DNA of 63,068 bases, filler included, from Coriobacteriales bacterium (GCA_031263105.1; 7 parts of 7 records of this genome joined end to end with filler, not necessarily neighbours in it); one strand, 5' to 3'. Counted from the whole stretch's first letter, positions 18,692 to 28,745 are shown. Numbers and translations are program-made. Notes: generated by a model from the letters alone, not told the origin.

Positions 18692-20631
18692 CACGGGCCG
18701 TCGCCGACCACGAAGGGCGTATCGTGAAGATCCTCGGCCCCGCGCGCAGCGGGAAGACGGAAGCGCTCGTCTCGCGCTGTGCCGCGCTCGTCACGCGGGG
18801 CGTTGCGCCCGAATCCATCCTGGTGGAGGTCTCAGGCGCGTTCGCCGCAGAAGCGTTCAAATCCCGTCTGCGCAGGGCCTTGGGAGAAGAGCGGCAGGGG
18901 GGAGTGGATGCCCTGACGGTGAAGAACGCCCTCTCCCTGTGCAGGGACGAGCTCGGTGCGCCCCAGGCCGTCGCAACGACGGGGAGGGTGCCGCGCTTGC
19001 TCAATGACGCCGAATACAACTTCTTCCTGGAGGACATGAAGACACTCGGCCAGCCCCTCCGCCGCCTGCGCAAGATGCTCGGGTACTTTTATCGGCAGTG
19101 GGCGGACCTTGTGCCGCAGAACCTCTGGCAGGCCGGAGGCGAGGAGGACGCCGTCCTGGAGCACCTTGTGTCCGTGCTCACGTGGCGCAAGGCGATGCTG
19201 CGCCAGGAGACGGCCTTCCTCTGCGCCGGATACCTGAGAAGCGAAGGCGGCAAAGCGGCACGTCACCGCTTCGACTACGTGCTGTGCGACGACTTCCAGA
19301 ACATGAGCCGTGCCGAGCAGACCTGTCTGTGCCTGCTGGCAAAAGAACAGCTCGTCGTGTGCGGAAACCCGAACCAGACCGTTGCCCCGCACGCCTCCCT
19401 CCCCTGCCCCGGGGGTTTTTCCACATTCGAGTCCGTCCGCCGCAATGTCGATGTCTGCCGCCTTTCGACGGTTTACGGGAACCCCGAGGTCGCAGCCTTC
19501 GCCGATGCCCTCTGCGACCACGGCGACATGGATCGGGCGCTCAAGGCAGCCGACGGCACGCATACGGACAGAAAGGACGAAGGGCGGGGCGTCCTTCTCG
19601 TCAAATGGGACACGTTGGAAGAGGAGTTGGACGGCATCACGAAGTACCTGCGCGTGCTGTTCAACACAGGCGGCCTTCTACGGGAGAACCGGACCTGCGT
19701 GCTTGTGCCCACTGCAGCCTGGGCCCACATGGTGGCACGCCTCCTGGTCAAACGGGGCTTCGCCGTGTCGACGGCCGGTGCCTCAAGAGGCCTCGGCGGC
19801 GATCTGCGGGAAAGCCGCCGTGCCCCGGCGCTCGTCGCCTACACGAAGCTGGGCCTCTTGGCCGACCCCTCCGACATGGTCGCATGGCGCAGCTGGTGCG
19901 GCTTCGACGACCATCTCACGAACAGCGGCGTCTGGCGCAGACTCCACGGCTTTGCTGCCGAACAAGGGCTGGCGCCCCACGATGCCCTGAAGGCCGCCGC
20001 CACGGCGGAACGTGCACCCTTCCTGCAGGCGGGCGTTCTGGCCGAGCGCTGGAAATCCGGCTGCGACTTCATCGAGAAACAGGGCGGGCGGCGCGGGTTC
20101 TCCCTGTTGAACGCCATAGGCGCCAACGGCCTGACGGAGTTCGAGGACGTTGCGCGGGCGATGGACGGCAGCGAGGACGCCGTCCGGCTTCTCGGGGTCA
20201 TGCAGAAGGCCATCGACGACCCGACCGCTCCCGAGGACGCGCATACCCTGCATATGGCCACCTACGCCTCCCTCTGTGGCTGTGAGTACGACAACATCTT
20301 TGCCCTGAGCGCAGTCGACGGACTCGTCCCTCGGCGCGATGCCTTCGAGGTGGTGAGCACCGAGGAGGAGCGGAAGCGGGTCATGGATGCCGATCGCCGG
20401 GCGTTTTACAACGCGGTGTCAAAGGCGCGCGAACGCCTTGTGCTGTCGTATTTCAGCAAGGCCGAGCTCGAGGTCGCCGAGCGCATGAAGATGCAGGTGG
20501 CACGGGTAAGAGCGGAGGACGGCAGACGCATGGCCGTCGTCAGGCCGTCGTCGTTCCTCGTCGAGGCGGGCACCGCCTGCCCGGGAGCCGTCAGCGGACA
20601 GAGCATACTGGCCGAACAGGGGCTCGCCTGA
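18688..20631 (+). CDS. UvrD/PcrA-like SF1 helicase-fold protein with degenerate motifs
   Basis: ILGPARSGKT, FDYVLCDDFQN, VCGNPNQ, MATYASLCGCEY, DRRAFYNAVSKARERLVLSY. Confidence 0.8.
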   Translation: MTRAVADHEGRIVKILGPARSGKTEALVSRCAALVTRGVAPESILVEVSGAFAAEAFKSRLRRALGEERQGGVDALTVKNALSLCRDELGAPQAVATTGRVPRLLNDAEYNFFLEDMKTLGQPLRRLRKMLGYFYRQWADLVPQNLWQAGGEEDAVLEHLVSVLTWRKAMLRQETAFLCAGYLRSEGGKAARHRFDYVLCDDFQNMSRAEQTCLCLLAKEQLVVCGNPNQTVAPHASLPCPGGFSTFESVRRNVDVCRLSTVYGNPEVAAFADALCDHGDMDRALKAADGTHTDRKDEGRGVLLVKWDTLEEELDGITKYLRVLFNTGGLLRENRTCVLVPTAAWAHMVARLLVKRGFAVSTAGASRGLGGDLRESRRAPALVAYTKLGLLADPSDMVAWRSWCGFDDHLTNSGVWRRLHGFAAEQGLAPHDALKAAATAERAPFLQAGVLAERWKSGCDFIEKQGGRRGFSLLNAIGANGLTEFEDVARAMDGSEDAVRLLGVMQKAIDDPTAPEDAHTLHMATYASLCGCEYDNIFALSAVDGLVPRRDAFEVVSTEEERKRVMDADRRAFYNAVSKARERLVLSYFSKAELEVAERMKMQVARVRAEDGRRMAVVRPSSFLVEAGTACPGAVSGQSILAEQGLA

Positions 20632-20694
20632 GGGTGGGGGGGGGGGGGGGGGGGGGCCCCCGCCCACTCACATCTTTGGGCGCCGTCAGACCGC

Positions 20695-20825
20695 GCCCCG
20701 CGAGCAACCGGAGCGAAGCGAGGAACCGGAGCGAAGCGGAGCTCGACGAAGTCAATCTCCCGCCATCAGGCTACCCAAGTGCGGTGGGTGGGGGAGGAGA
20801 TTCCCGCTTTCGCGGGAATGACGGT
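20695..20825. repeat. Palindromic intergenic repeat containing an ATTCCC-N8-GGGAAT hairpin
   Basis: attcccgctttcgcgggaatgac near 20780-20823; duplicated AACCGGAGCGAAGCG. Confidence 0.6.
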
Positions 20826-20866
20826 GCACGGCGGGAGAAGGGTAATCATATTCAACCTTTCAGGTT

Positions 20867-20966
20867 NNNNNNNNNNNNNNNNNNNNNNNNNNNNNNNNNN
20901 NNNNNNNNNNTTAATTAATTAANNNNNNNNNNNNNNNNNNNNNNNNNNNNNNNNNNNNNNNNNNNN
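20867..20966. other. Artificial contig linker (N run + TTAATTAATTAA); also at 24834-24933, 31310-31409, 35594-35693, 49613-49712, 55533-55632
   Basis: Six 100-nt blocks of identical design with stops in all frames. Confidence 0.98.
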
Positions 20967-21063
20967 CGGGCGGCGGCGGGGCGGCGGCGGGGGCCGGGAG
21001 GGGGCGGGGCGGCGGCGGGGGCCGGGCGGGGGCGGGGGCGTGAACCGTAACGCGGTGGGGGCG

Positions 21064-22593
21064 TCACGGGCGGGTGCCGACCTTCTCCACGGCGGCGACG
21101 AGCTCCTCGCGCGTATGGGCGTCGAGCTTCTCGTAGATGTGGCGGGCATGCGTCTTCACCGTGTTCGGCGAGAGCGTGACCTCGTCCGCGATGGACTGGA
21201 TGCTGCGCCCCCGGACGAGATAGGCGAGCACCTCCTCCTCGCGCGCGGTGAGGCCCTTCTCCTTTGCGGCGATGCTGCAGAGGGCCTCGACGAAGCCGGC
21301 GAGCGAGGGCGGCGCCCCCTGCTTCTCGACGGCCGTCTCGGAATCGACGAACACGTTCTTCCTCCGTATGTTCGCCATCACGATGAAGCCCACGAAGAAG
21401 AGCGCGTAGGTCAGAAGGACGCTGACGACGGCCAGCCAGGGGTTCTCCAGGCCCTCCGACACGGCACCGACGAGCGTGCCCGAGAGCAGGCCGAGCACGT
21501 TGAAGGAGTTACCGAGCGCGAACACCACGAAGGGGCGGCTGGCGCCCTCGAAGGCGATCAGGCCGAGCCGGGTATAGAACGTGGCGACGAACAGGTAGTA
21601 GCCCGAGTACATGAATATGTACAGGAGCACCTGGTTCTGCAGGCCCACGAAGACCCTGAGCAGCAGGCTGGTGGTCGCAAGCAGCACCATGAGGAGCGAC
21701 AAGGCCGAGATGTTCCTCCTTCGCAGGACGTATTCGACGGCGATGGCGGCCCCTACGACAAGGAGCGCACAGGAGTACACCAGCGACCAGTCGGGCGACG
21801 TCATGCTGCCGCTCTCTGACTGCATCTGTAGGTTGAGGTAGTTGAGCGGGACGGAGAAGGCGAAGATGTAGACGAAGAGCCGAAGCGGCGGACGGGCGGC
21901 CCTCAGCCTGCCGAAGGGGTCCTTCGACCCGGGTTCCGCCTGCGGCCCGAACCCCGCCCTCCGTCCCAAGCGCCCCTTGGGCCCGGGCCCTCCCTTGGCC
22001 CTTGGCCCCTCCCTCGGCCCATGCCCCTCACTCGGGCGCGGCCCCGCCTTGAGGACGGAACGGGCACAGGCTGCGGAGACGAGCGGAAGGAGCGCCGTGG
22101 CCGCAAGGGCGAACAGCTGCGGAAAGGGATTGATGAGAAGATAGGCCAGAAAGCTGGCCCCCAGGGCACCGAAGGTTGCCAGTATGCAGGCCTGGATGTT
22201 CTCGAGGTGCGCATAGGCCTGCCCCCATATGACCAGGAAGCCGCAGGTCCCAAGCGCCGTCAGGGCAGTGGCTGCAACGGTCAGGACAGTGGGGGGCGGG
22301 CCGACAAGGAGCGAGTCGCTGATAAGGACCGTGCCGACCGACGAGACGAGGGCGACCGCAAGGGAGAACGCCGGGCGGTACAGGACGCGCTCCAGGGCCT
22401 TCCTGAACACCACCGAGAGCACCAAGGCGACGAGAAGGACCCCGCTGCTTATCGAGAAGACGACGAAGCTCCCCGCCTGGATGTCGTAGACCGGGGCGGT
22501 GACCGTGGCATGTATCCACGCGTGCAGAGAGGCGCAGCCCATGAGGAAAGGTGCGAAACCTCGGGTCTTTACCGACGAGAACATGCCCTCCAT
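21064..22593 (-). CDS. Multi-pass membrane LuxR-family regulator
   Basis: Hydrophobic N-terminal domain plus LTAREEEVLAYLVRGRSIQSIADEVTLSPNTVKTHARHIYEKL; divergent from the flavoprotein gene. Confidence 0.88.
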   Translation of the reverse strand: MEGMFSSVKTRGFAPFLMGCASLHAWIHATVTAPVYDIQAGSFVVFSISSGVLLVALVLSVVFRKALERVLYRPAFSLAVALVSSVGTVLISDSLLVGPPPTVLTVAATALTALGTCGFLVIWGQAYAHLENIQACILATFGALGASFLAYLLINPFPQLFALAATALLPLVSAACARSVLKAGPRPSEGHGPREGPRAKGGPGPKGRLGRRAGFGPQAEPGSKDPFGRLRAARPPLRLFVYIFAFSVPLNYLNLQMQSESGSMTSPDWSLVYSCALLVVGAAIAVEYVLRRRNISALSLLMVLLATTSLLLRVFVGLQNQVLLYIFMYSGYYLFVATFYTRLGLIAFEGASRPFVVFALGNSFNVLGLLSGTLVGAVSEGLENPWLAVVSVLLTYALFFVGFIVMANIRRKNVFVDSETAVEKQGAPPSLAGFVEALCSIAAKEKGLTAREEEVLAYLVRGRSIQSIADEVTLSPNTVKTHARHIYEKLDAHTREELVAAVEKVGTRP

Positions 22594-22741
22594 CAGCACT
22601 TTCTTTGACGTATCGCCCGTAACGGGTGAGGTGCTTCGAGGCAAAATCACTTACAGCGCCTGATGTTGCTCCAGTATACACGAACGAGACTAGAGAGCGA
22701 CAGTCCAAGGAACAACCCAACCAGAAAGGACACGTGATCGT

Positions 22742-24766
22742 ATGACGAGCGAATTCGACCGAAGGAACTTCCTCAAAGGGGTCGGCCTGGTAGGCGGCGT
22801 CGCCGCACTGGGCGCCTTCGCCGGCTGCTCCCCCGCCCCGCCCGCAGAAGACGGGCCCGGAGGGAGCACCGATGCCGACGCCAAGGCGGAGGACGGGACG
22901 AAAAGCAGCGCCGGCACCGGCGTCCCTGCCGACATGGAGCCGGTCGGGAGCTACACCGCCGACATCTGCATCATGGGCTCGGGCATCTCCGGGCTCGCTG
23001 CGGCGGTGCAGGCCTGCCAGAACGGCCTGTCCGTCGTCGTGCTGGAGAAGCAGGGCGGCACCGGCGGCGGAGGGCGGGGCACCGAGGGCGTGTTCGGCGT
23101 GGGCTCGACCATGCAGAAGCAGGCGGGCATCGCCATCGAGCCGGTCGAGGTCATCGGGCGCGAGATGGGCTACCACCACAACCGCACCGACGGCCTGCGC
23201 TGGCTCGACATGATCCGCGCCTCGGGCCCGAACATCGACTGGCTGGCCGAATGCGGCGTCGCGTTCACCGGCGTGGTCGACAACTACCACGGAGGCGAGT
23301 TCGAGACCTTCCACTGGTTCGACGAGAGCCGAGGGGCGAAGAACTACGCCCCCCAGATGACCGCCACGGCAGAAGGCCTCGGCGCGAAGATACTGGTGAA
23401 CACGGCCGCCAAGAAGCTCCTCACCGACGCCAGCGGCGCCGTGACCGGCGTCATCGCCCAGAAAAAGGCCGAGGACGGCTCCCCGGGCGACTACATCCAG
23501 GTCAACAGCAAGGCGGTGCTGCTGTGCGGCGGCGGCTTCGCAAACAACAACGAGTACCTCTCCAAGGGGCACTTCTCCAACGTCGAGAACGTGGTGCGCT
23601 TCCTCTCGGGCTTCGACGGCGACGGGCTGACCATGGCGCTGGAGGTCGGCGGCACGGACACCATCGACCGCTTCGCCGGCCTCTTCCAGCTCACCGTCTC
23701 CGGTGCGCCGGGCGGCGAGTACGGCACCTTCGGCAGCGGGAACGGCCTGGTCGTCGGCTCGCACTCGGGCAACAACATCTGGGTGCAGGAGACGGGCGAG
23801 CGCTACTGCGCCGAGAACTCCGGCGACGAGAACTGGATGGCCCTCATGACCCCCACCCAGGTGCACGAGGACTTCTACTCCGTCTTCACCCGTGCGCAGT
23901 TCGAGGAGAACGTGCGCAACATCCAGTTCCCCGCAGAGGCCTTCGAGGACGACATCGCCCAGTTCGAGGAGCGCTTCGCCACCAACCCCTACGACGACGC
24001 CTTCGTGGCGGACAGCATCGAGGAGCTGGCCGCGCTGGCCTCCGCCGCCTTCCCCAAAATCAAGAAGGAGACGCTTGTCGAGACCATCGAGCACTACAAC
24101 GAGATGTGCGCCGCCGGCGCCGACACCGACTTCGGCAAGCCGGCCACGTACCTGGTCCCGATGACGGAGGGCCCGTTCTACTTCATCCGTCAGATACAGG
24201 CCTGCATGGTCACCTTCGGCGGCATCCATGTGAACCGCAACATGGAGTGCATCAAGGACGACTGGAGCGTCATCCCGGGCCTGTACTCCGCCGGAGTCGA
24301 TTCCGCGGACCTGTGGCCGAACGTCTACACGATCAACGTCCCCGGCGGCACCAACGGCAACAACGTGAACTCCGGGCGCCTGGCCGCGGACAACGCGACC
24401 GCCTTCATCGGCGACGCCAAGACCGGGAGCATCGTGGAGGACGGGGACACCTCCCCCTCCGTCGTGGTCTGGGACGGCGGCGCCATGCCGGCCTCGCTGA
24501 AGGACGGGACCTACACCTCCAGCCCCACGCAGGGCATGTTCGGGACCGTCACCGCGACCGTCACCGTCAGCGGCGGCAAGATAACCGAGATCGCCGAGAC
24601 GAACGAGCTGGAGACCGGCTACGTCGGCGTGACGGCGATGGACGACGTCCTCATCCCTGCGATCATCGAGGCCCAGGACGTCCACGTGGACACGGTCGCC
24701 GGCGCGACCGCAAGCTCCAACGCCCTGCGCAAGGCCGTCCTCGAGGCGCTCGGGCAGGCGGGGTAG
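22742..24766 (+). CDS. Tat lipoprotein FAD-dependent reductase (flavocytochrome c / fumarate-reductase flavoprotein fold) with C-terminal FMN-binding domain
   Basis: DRRNFLK, lipobox FAGC, GSGISG dinucleotide motif, IPGLYSAG, DTVAGATASS flavinylation motif. Confidence 0.9.
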   Translation: MTSEFDRRNFLKGVGLVGGVAALGAFAGCSPAPPAEDGPGGSTDADAKAEDGTKSSAGTGVPADMEPVGSYTADICIMGSGISGLAAAVQACQNGLSVVVLEKQGGTGGGGRGTEGVFGVGSTMQKQAGIAIEPVEVIGREMGYHHNRTDGLRWLDMIRASGPNIDWLAECGVAFTGVVDNYHGGEFETFHWFDESRGAKNYAPQMTATAEGLGAKILVNTAAKKLLTDASGAVTGVIAQKKAEDGSPGDYIQVNSKAVLLCGGGFANNNEYLSKGHFSNVENVVRFLSGFDGDGLTMALEVGGTDTIDRFAGLFQLTVSGAPGGEYGTFGSGNGLVVGSHSGNNIWVQETGERYCAENSGDENWMALMTPTQVHEDFYSVFTRAQFEENVRNIQFPAEAFEDDIAQFEERFATNPYDDAFVADSIEELAALASAAFPKIKKETLVETIEHYNEMCAAGADTDFGKPATYLVPMTEGPFYFIRQIQACMVTFGGIHVNRNMECIKDDWSVIPGLYSAGVDSADLWPNVYTINVPGGTNGNNVNSGRLAADNATAFIGDAKTGSIVEDGDTSPSVVVWDGGAMPASLKDGTYTSSPTQGMFGTVTATVTVSGGKITEIAETNELETGYVGVTAMDDVLIPAIIEAQDVHVDTVAGATASSNALRKAVLEALGQAG

Positions 24767-24934
24767 GCGCGGGGGCCCGGTACGGCCCGTTGCCGTCCCG
24801 GGCCGAAGGCAAGGGGGCTGCCTGCGGCAGCCCNNNNNNNNNNNNNNNNNNNNNNNNNNNNNNNNNNNNNNNNNNNNTTAATTAATTAANNNNNNNNNNN
24901 NNNNNNNNNNNNNNNNNNNNNNNNNNNNNNNNNG

Positions 24935-25249
24935 CCCCACTGTCATCCCGAGCCTGCCGAGGGATCCTTGGGTCCGAGCGCCCGGAAAACGCACCGCGTT
25001 TTCAGCGAGGACGGGCCGACAGGCCCACGGAACCCGAGCGCCCGGAAAACGCACCGCGTTTTCAGCGAGGACGGGCCGACAGGCCCACGGAACCCGAGCG
25101 CCCGGAAAACGCACCGCGCTTTCAGCGAGGACGGGCCGACAGGCCCACGGAACGCAAAGCGACCAACCGTAGGGTAGAAAGCGCTTCGGCCCGCAGTCGA
25201 CCGCTTGCGCGGTCGAGGATCCCTCGGCAGGCTCGGGATGACAGTGGGG
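24935..25249. repeat. Repeat family 1 element: perfect 34-bp terminal inverted repeats enclosing three tandem 60-bp units
   Basis: CCCCACTGTCATCCCGAGCCTGCCGAGGGATCCT (24935-24968) and its exact reverse complement (25216-25249); 60-mers at 24974-25153. Confidence 0.92.
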
Positions 25250-25302
25250 GTGACGTTTTCCCCTGTCAACCCTGCTCTGTCAAACAAACTGAGGATATCG
25301 TA

Positions 25303-26499
25303 TCAGGCCGGGGGCAGATGGTCGAGTATGCGCTGGGCGTTCTCGGCGCTCAGGTCGTAGCCGTAGAACGAACGGTAGTAGTCCTGCACCTCCGCGACCA
25401 TGTCCAGGTCCTCGAACAGCTCGGGGTACATCTTCTGTGCCAAGTACTCCATCAGGAGCACGCCCTCGCTGGAGTAGTCCCAGAACATCACGCCGTCGGG
25501 GCATAGGTAGACATTGCCCTGCTGAACCGCCTGCATCTCGGCCCAGGCCGCAGCGTCCGTGACGGCCTCGGTGCCCTCCATGCGTCCCATGAAGACGAAG
25601 TCGGGATCCCAGGCGATCATCTGCTCCATGGTGACCACCGTGTCCATCTCGGCACCGGACTCGTCGGCAATGTTGCGACCGCCCGCCAACTCGAGCCAGA
25701 ACGACGGGTAGGAGTAGGTGGAGAAGACCCCCAGGCCCTCCTCGCCGTAGCAGTAGACGGCGGTCTTGCGCTCGGCATCGGGGATGGAGGCCACACGGCT
25801 GCGCACGTAGGCAACCTTCTCGTCGAAGTAGGCCTCCCAGTCAGCGGCCTTGTCCAGGGCCGTGCCGCCGAAGGTGTCGGCAAAGACCTGCACCTCGCGC
25901 TTCTGGTAGTCGATGAACTCCTCGGCCGTCGTGGGGTTGCCGACGGAGTTCTGCACGACCACGACCGGCAGCCCCGCCTGCTCCATCGCAGCCAGCGGCT
26001 CCTCGTAGTCCCAGAACAGCACGGCATCGGTGCCGAGCTCGATCAGCCCTTCGACATTGGGCTCCCCGGGGCTCTCGATGGCGGTGCACTGGGAGACGTC
26101 GGGGTTGGTCTCGACCACCCAGGGACGGTCGATCATGACGAAGTGGACGCCCGCCAGACGGTCGGCCTGTCCGAGCATGAAGACCTTCTCATAGGACGGG
26201 CCCGCAATGGCTGCGGCGCGCTCCACGGGTGCCGCGAACGTCACCTCGCGGCCCGCGAGGTCGATGACGGCCGATGCGGCCTCCGTGGCATCGTCCTCCT
26301 CCGCAGAATCGTCCGTCGGCTCGGCAGGCGTGTCCGCAGCCGGCGTGTCGGCAGGCTTGTCCGTCGCCGCAGGCGCGCTGCAGGCGAACAGCCCCAGGCC
26401 GAGCACAAGGGCCAGCACCATGCATGCCGCCCGGCGCAACAGGCCCTCCCCTCTCAAATCCACGCCTCTCAAATCCAACGCTTTGCCGTTCTTCAACAT
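25303..26499 (-). CDS. Fe-siderophore/cobalamin-type ABC substrate-binding lipoprotein
   Basis: Lipobox LFAC, DLAGREV, PNVEGLI, LELAGGRN, MQAVQQGNVY. Confidence 0.88.
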   Translation of the reverse strand: MLKNGKALDLRGVDLRGEGLLRRAACMVLALVLGLGLFACSAPAATDKPADTPAADTPAEPTDDSAEEDDATEAASAVIDLAGREVTFAAPVERAAAIAGPSYEKVFMLGQADRLAGVHFVMIDRPWVVETNPDVSQCTAIESPGEPNVEGLIELGTDAVLFWDYEEPLAAMEQAGLPVVVVQNSVGNPTTAEEFIDYQKREVQVFADTFGGTALDKAADWEAYFDEKVAYVRSRVASIPDAERKTAVYCYGEEGLGVFSTYSYPSFWLELAGGRNIADESGAEMDTVVTMEQMIAWDPDFVFMGRMEGTEAVTDAAAWAEMQAVQQGNVYLCPDGVMFWDYSSEGVLLMEYLAQKMYPELFEDLDMVAEVQDYYRSFYGYDLSAENAQRILDHLPPA

Positions 26500-27335
26500 T
26501 TCCTTTCCTCCGTTCTGTCCTTGCTTACATGCTCCACACCATTCACAAGCTCAGAGAGCTCGGGAACACAGATGCAGTGCCCACGGTCGGCGAGGTAGTG
26601 CAGGGAGATGTTCTCCTGGTACAGCTCGCTGAGCAGGGACTCGTTCAAGACCTCCTCGGCCCGGCCGGTCACGAGGGGGCCGCGCCTGCGGATCGCGCCC
26701 ACCGTGCTGCGCAGCCAGATGGCGTGGTCGGGCACGTGGGAGGTCAGTATGACGGCGAAGCCCTCGGCCGCCATCTCCTTGATCAGGCGCAGCGCCCGGA
26801 TCTGGTTGCCGTAGTCGAGGTGGTTGGTGGGCTCGTCCATGAGGATGAGCGGCGCCTCCTGCATGAGGATGCGGGCGATCTGCGCCAGCTGCCGCTCTCC
26901 CCCGCTGATGCGGTCCATGGGCGACTCGGCGAGACGGGCTATGCCGAGCCGGTCGAGCACCTGCTCGGCATGGCGGTAATCGGAATGCACGGGGCTCTTG
27001 CCGAAGCGCAGGTGGGGGGCGCGCCCCATGACCACGTAGTCGAGCACGTTGAACTCGAAGCTCACGGTCTGGAGCTGTGGCAGGTAGCCCAGCTTGAGGG
27101 CGATGTCGCGCATGCCCATGCTGCGGATGTCCCTCCCGCAGAGGCGCACCGTGCCCTCCTGGGGGTGCAGCAGGCCGGCCATGCAGTTGAGCAGGCTGGT
27201 CTTGCCCGAGCCATTGGGGCCGAGCAGCACGAGCACCTCGCCAGAGGCGACCGCAAGGCCCACGTCGGCAAGGACCGGGGCGTCCCTGTGGTAGGCGAAG
27301 GAGACGGCCTCCAAAGAGATGACCTCCTCGCTCAT
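26493..27335 (-). CDS. ABC transporter ATPase (FecE/BtuD-like)
   Basis: GPNGSGKT, ISGGERQ, MDEPTNHLDYGNQ. Confidence 0.92.
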   Translation of the reverse strand: MSEEVISLEAVSFAYHRDAPVLADVGLAVASGEVLVLLGPNGSGKTSLLNCMAGLLHPQEGTVRLCGRDIRSMGMRDIALKLGYLPQLQTVSFEFNVLDYVVMGRAPHLRFGKSPVHSDYRHAEQVLDRLGIARLAESPMDRISGGERQLAQIARILMQEAPLILMDEPTNHLDYGNQIRALRLIKEMAAEGFAVILTSHVPDHAIWLRSTVGAIRRRGPLVTGRAEEVLNESLLSELYQENISLHYLADRGHCICVPELSELVNGVEHVSKDRTEERKC

Positions 27336-27345
27336 GGCCGCCCGC

Positions 27346-28374
27346 TCATAGCTGCATCCGCCTTTTGACCACGATCAGCACGAAGAGGCCGGCGCCGACG
27401 ATGCCGGTGATGATGCTCAGGGGGATCTCGGAGGCTGTGAGGTTGCGGGCAAGCGTGTCCACCAGCACGAGGAAGATGCCGCCCAGCAGGCAGGACACCG
27501 GCATCAGCCAGCGGTTGTCCGAACCGGTCAGCAGACGGCCGAGATGGGGGATGATGAGCCCCACCCAGCCGATCGACCCGCAGATGCTCACCGCGCTGGC
27601 CGTGAGCACGGTGGCGCAGACGATGGTCAGGGCGCGGAGCCGCCTGACATTGACGCCGAGCGTCTGCGCCTCGCCCTCCTCCAAGGAGAGCAGGTTGATG
27701 CGCCAGCGCTCCACGAGCAAAAGGACGGTGACGACGAGGACGACAGGCGCCACCGACCCCACGTCCACAAGCTCCATGTTTGCCATGGAGCCGAGCGTCC
27801 AGAAGATGATGGCGGGCAGCTCGTCATAGACGTTGGCGACGTACTGGCAGAGGCTGAGGACAGAGTTGAACAAGGCCGCCACCACGATGCCCGAGAGCAC
27901 GAGCGTGATGTTGGAGCTTTGGCGGAACAGGCGGGAGATGCCGATGGAGCAGCAGACGGCAAGCCCGCCGCTTGCCAATGCACAGAGCTGGACGCCCAGG
28001 CCCCCCAGATGGGCGAGGATGGCGAGCGAGGCCCCCACGCAGGCACCGCTCGTCACGCCGAGCAGGTCCGGCGAGACGAGCGGGTTGCGGAAGACGCCTT
28101 GGTAGACCGCCCCGGAAAGCGAGAGGGCCGAGCCCACCAGCAGCGCCGCCAAGGTGCGCGGCAGCCTCACGTTGAGCACCACGTTGGCCATCTGGTCGCT
28201 CCAGCTCTGAGCGAGGTCGAGGGGCGTTGCTGCATCGAGCAGGATAAAGAAGACCTTGTCGACCGGGATGGAGAAGCGCCCCATCCCCAAGGCGAACAGG
28301 CAGACCAGCACCGCCAAGCCGACAAGGGCCGCGAGCAGGGCGACCCGTGACCTATGCCGTGCGTCTACCGACAT
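27346..28374 (-). CDS. FecCD/BtuC family permease
   Basis: RLPRTL, QGVFRNPLVSPDLLGV, GSIGWVGLIIPH, EIPLSII. Confidence 0.93.
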   Translation of the reverse strand: MSVDARHRSRVALLAALVGLAVLVCLFALGMGRFSIPVDKVFFILLDAATPLDLAQSWSDQMANVVLNVRLPRTLAALLVGSALSLSGAVYQGVFRNPLVSPDLLGVTSGACVGASLAILAHLGGLGVQLCALASGGLAVCCSIGISRLFRQSSNITLVLSGIVVAALFNSVLSLCQYVANVYDELPAIIFWTLGSMANMELVDVGSVAPVVLVVTVLLLVERWRINLLSLEEGEAQTLGVNVRRLRALTIVCATVLTASAVSICGSIGWVGLIIPHLGRLLTGSDNRWLMPVSCLLGGIFLVLVDTLARNLTASEIPLSIITGIVGAGLFVLIVVKRRMQL

Positions 28375-28419
28375 CGCTCCCCTTCATCCTATGATGGCAC
28401 TAAAGTTGTTCAGGTAAAG

Positions 28420-28448
28420 ACTCTAAGAAAGCTATACCCGATTGTCAA
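28420..28448 (-). promoter_or_regulatory. Sigma-70-type promoter for the ABC importer operon
   Basis: TTGACA-N17-TAGAGT about 45 nt upstream of the permease start. Confidence 0.6.
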
Positions 28449-28488
28449 TGTTACTCGCTTGTGGATGATAAGGAGAAGCGTTGCCGCT

Positions 28489-28745
28489 GTTACTGTTCAC
28501 ACCCCCACTGTCATCCCGAGCCTGCCGAGGGATCCTCGGCCGCGCAAGCGGTCGACCGCAGGTCGAGGGGCCCCCTGGCCTGCCGTTGGACACTGCGTGT
28601 CCAAAGATTCCTCGGCGAGCCTCGGAATGACAGTGGGGTGTGACCTGTGACAGTGGGGGTGTGACCTGTGACAGTGGGGGTGTGACCTGTGACAGTGGGG
28701 GTGTGACCTGTGACAGTGGGGGTGTGACCTGTGACAGTGGGGGGG
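28489..28745. repeat. Repeat family 1 element followed by five tandem 21-bp units TGACCTGTGACAGTGGGGGTG
   Basis: Inverted arms spanning 28503-28638, internal GCGGTCGACCGC and TTGGACAC-TGC-GTGTCCAA palindromes; tandem array 28641-28743. Confidence 0.9.

Noticed and set aside
22028..24685. Long antisense ORFs (885 aa here; also 58347-60476, 14235-15959, 16038-17558, 39-1904)
   Set aside because: Shadow ORFs opposite well-supported high-GC genes, with no recognisable motifs
24974..25153. 60-bp periodic array as a CRISPR array
   Set aside because: The units are contiguous and essentially identical, with no unique spacers and no cas genes; the unit is an internal module of repeat family 1
28375..28500. 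Cobalamin riboswitch before the BtuCDF-like importer
   Set aside because: The leader after the predicted promoter is too short and shows no B12-box
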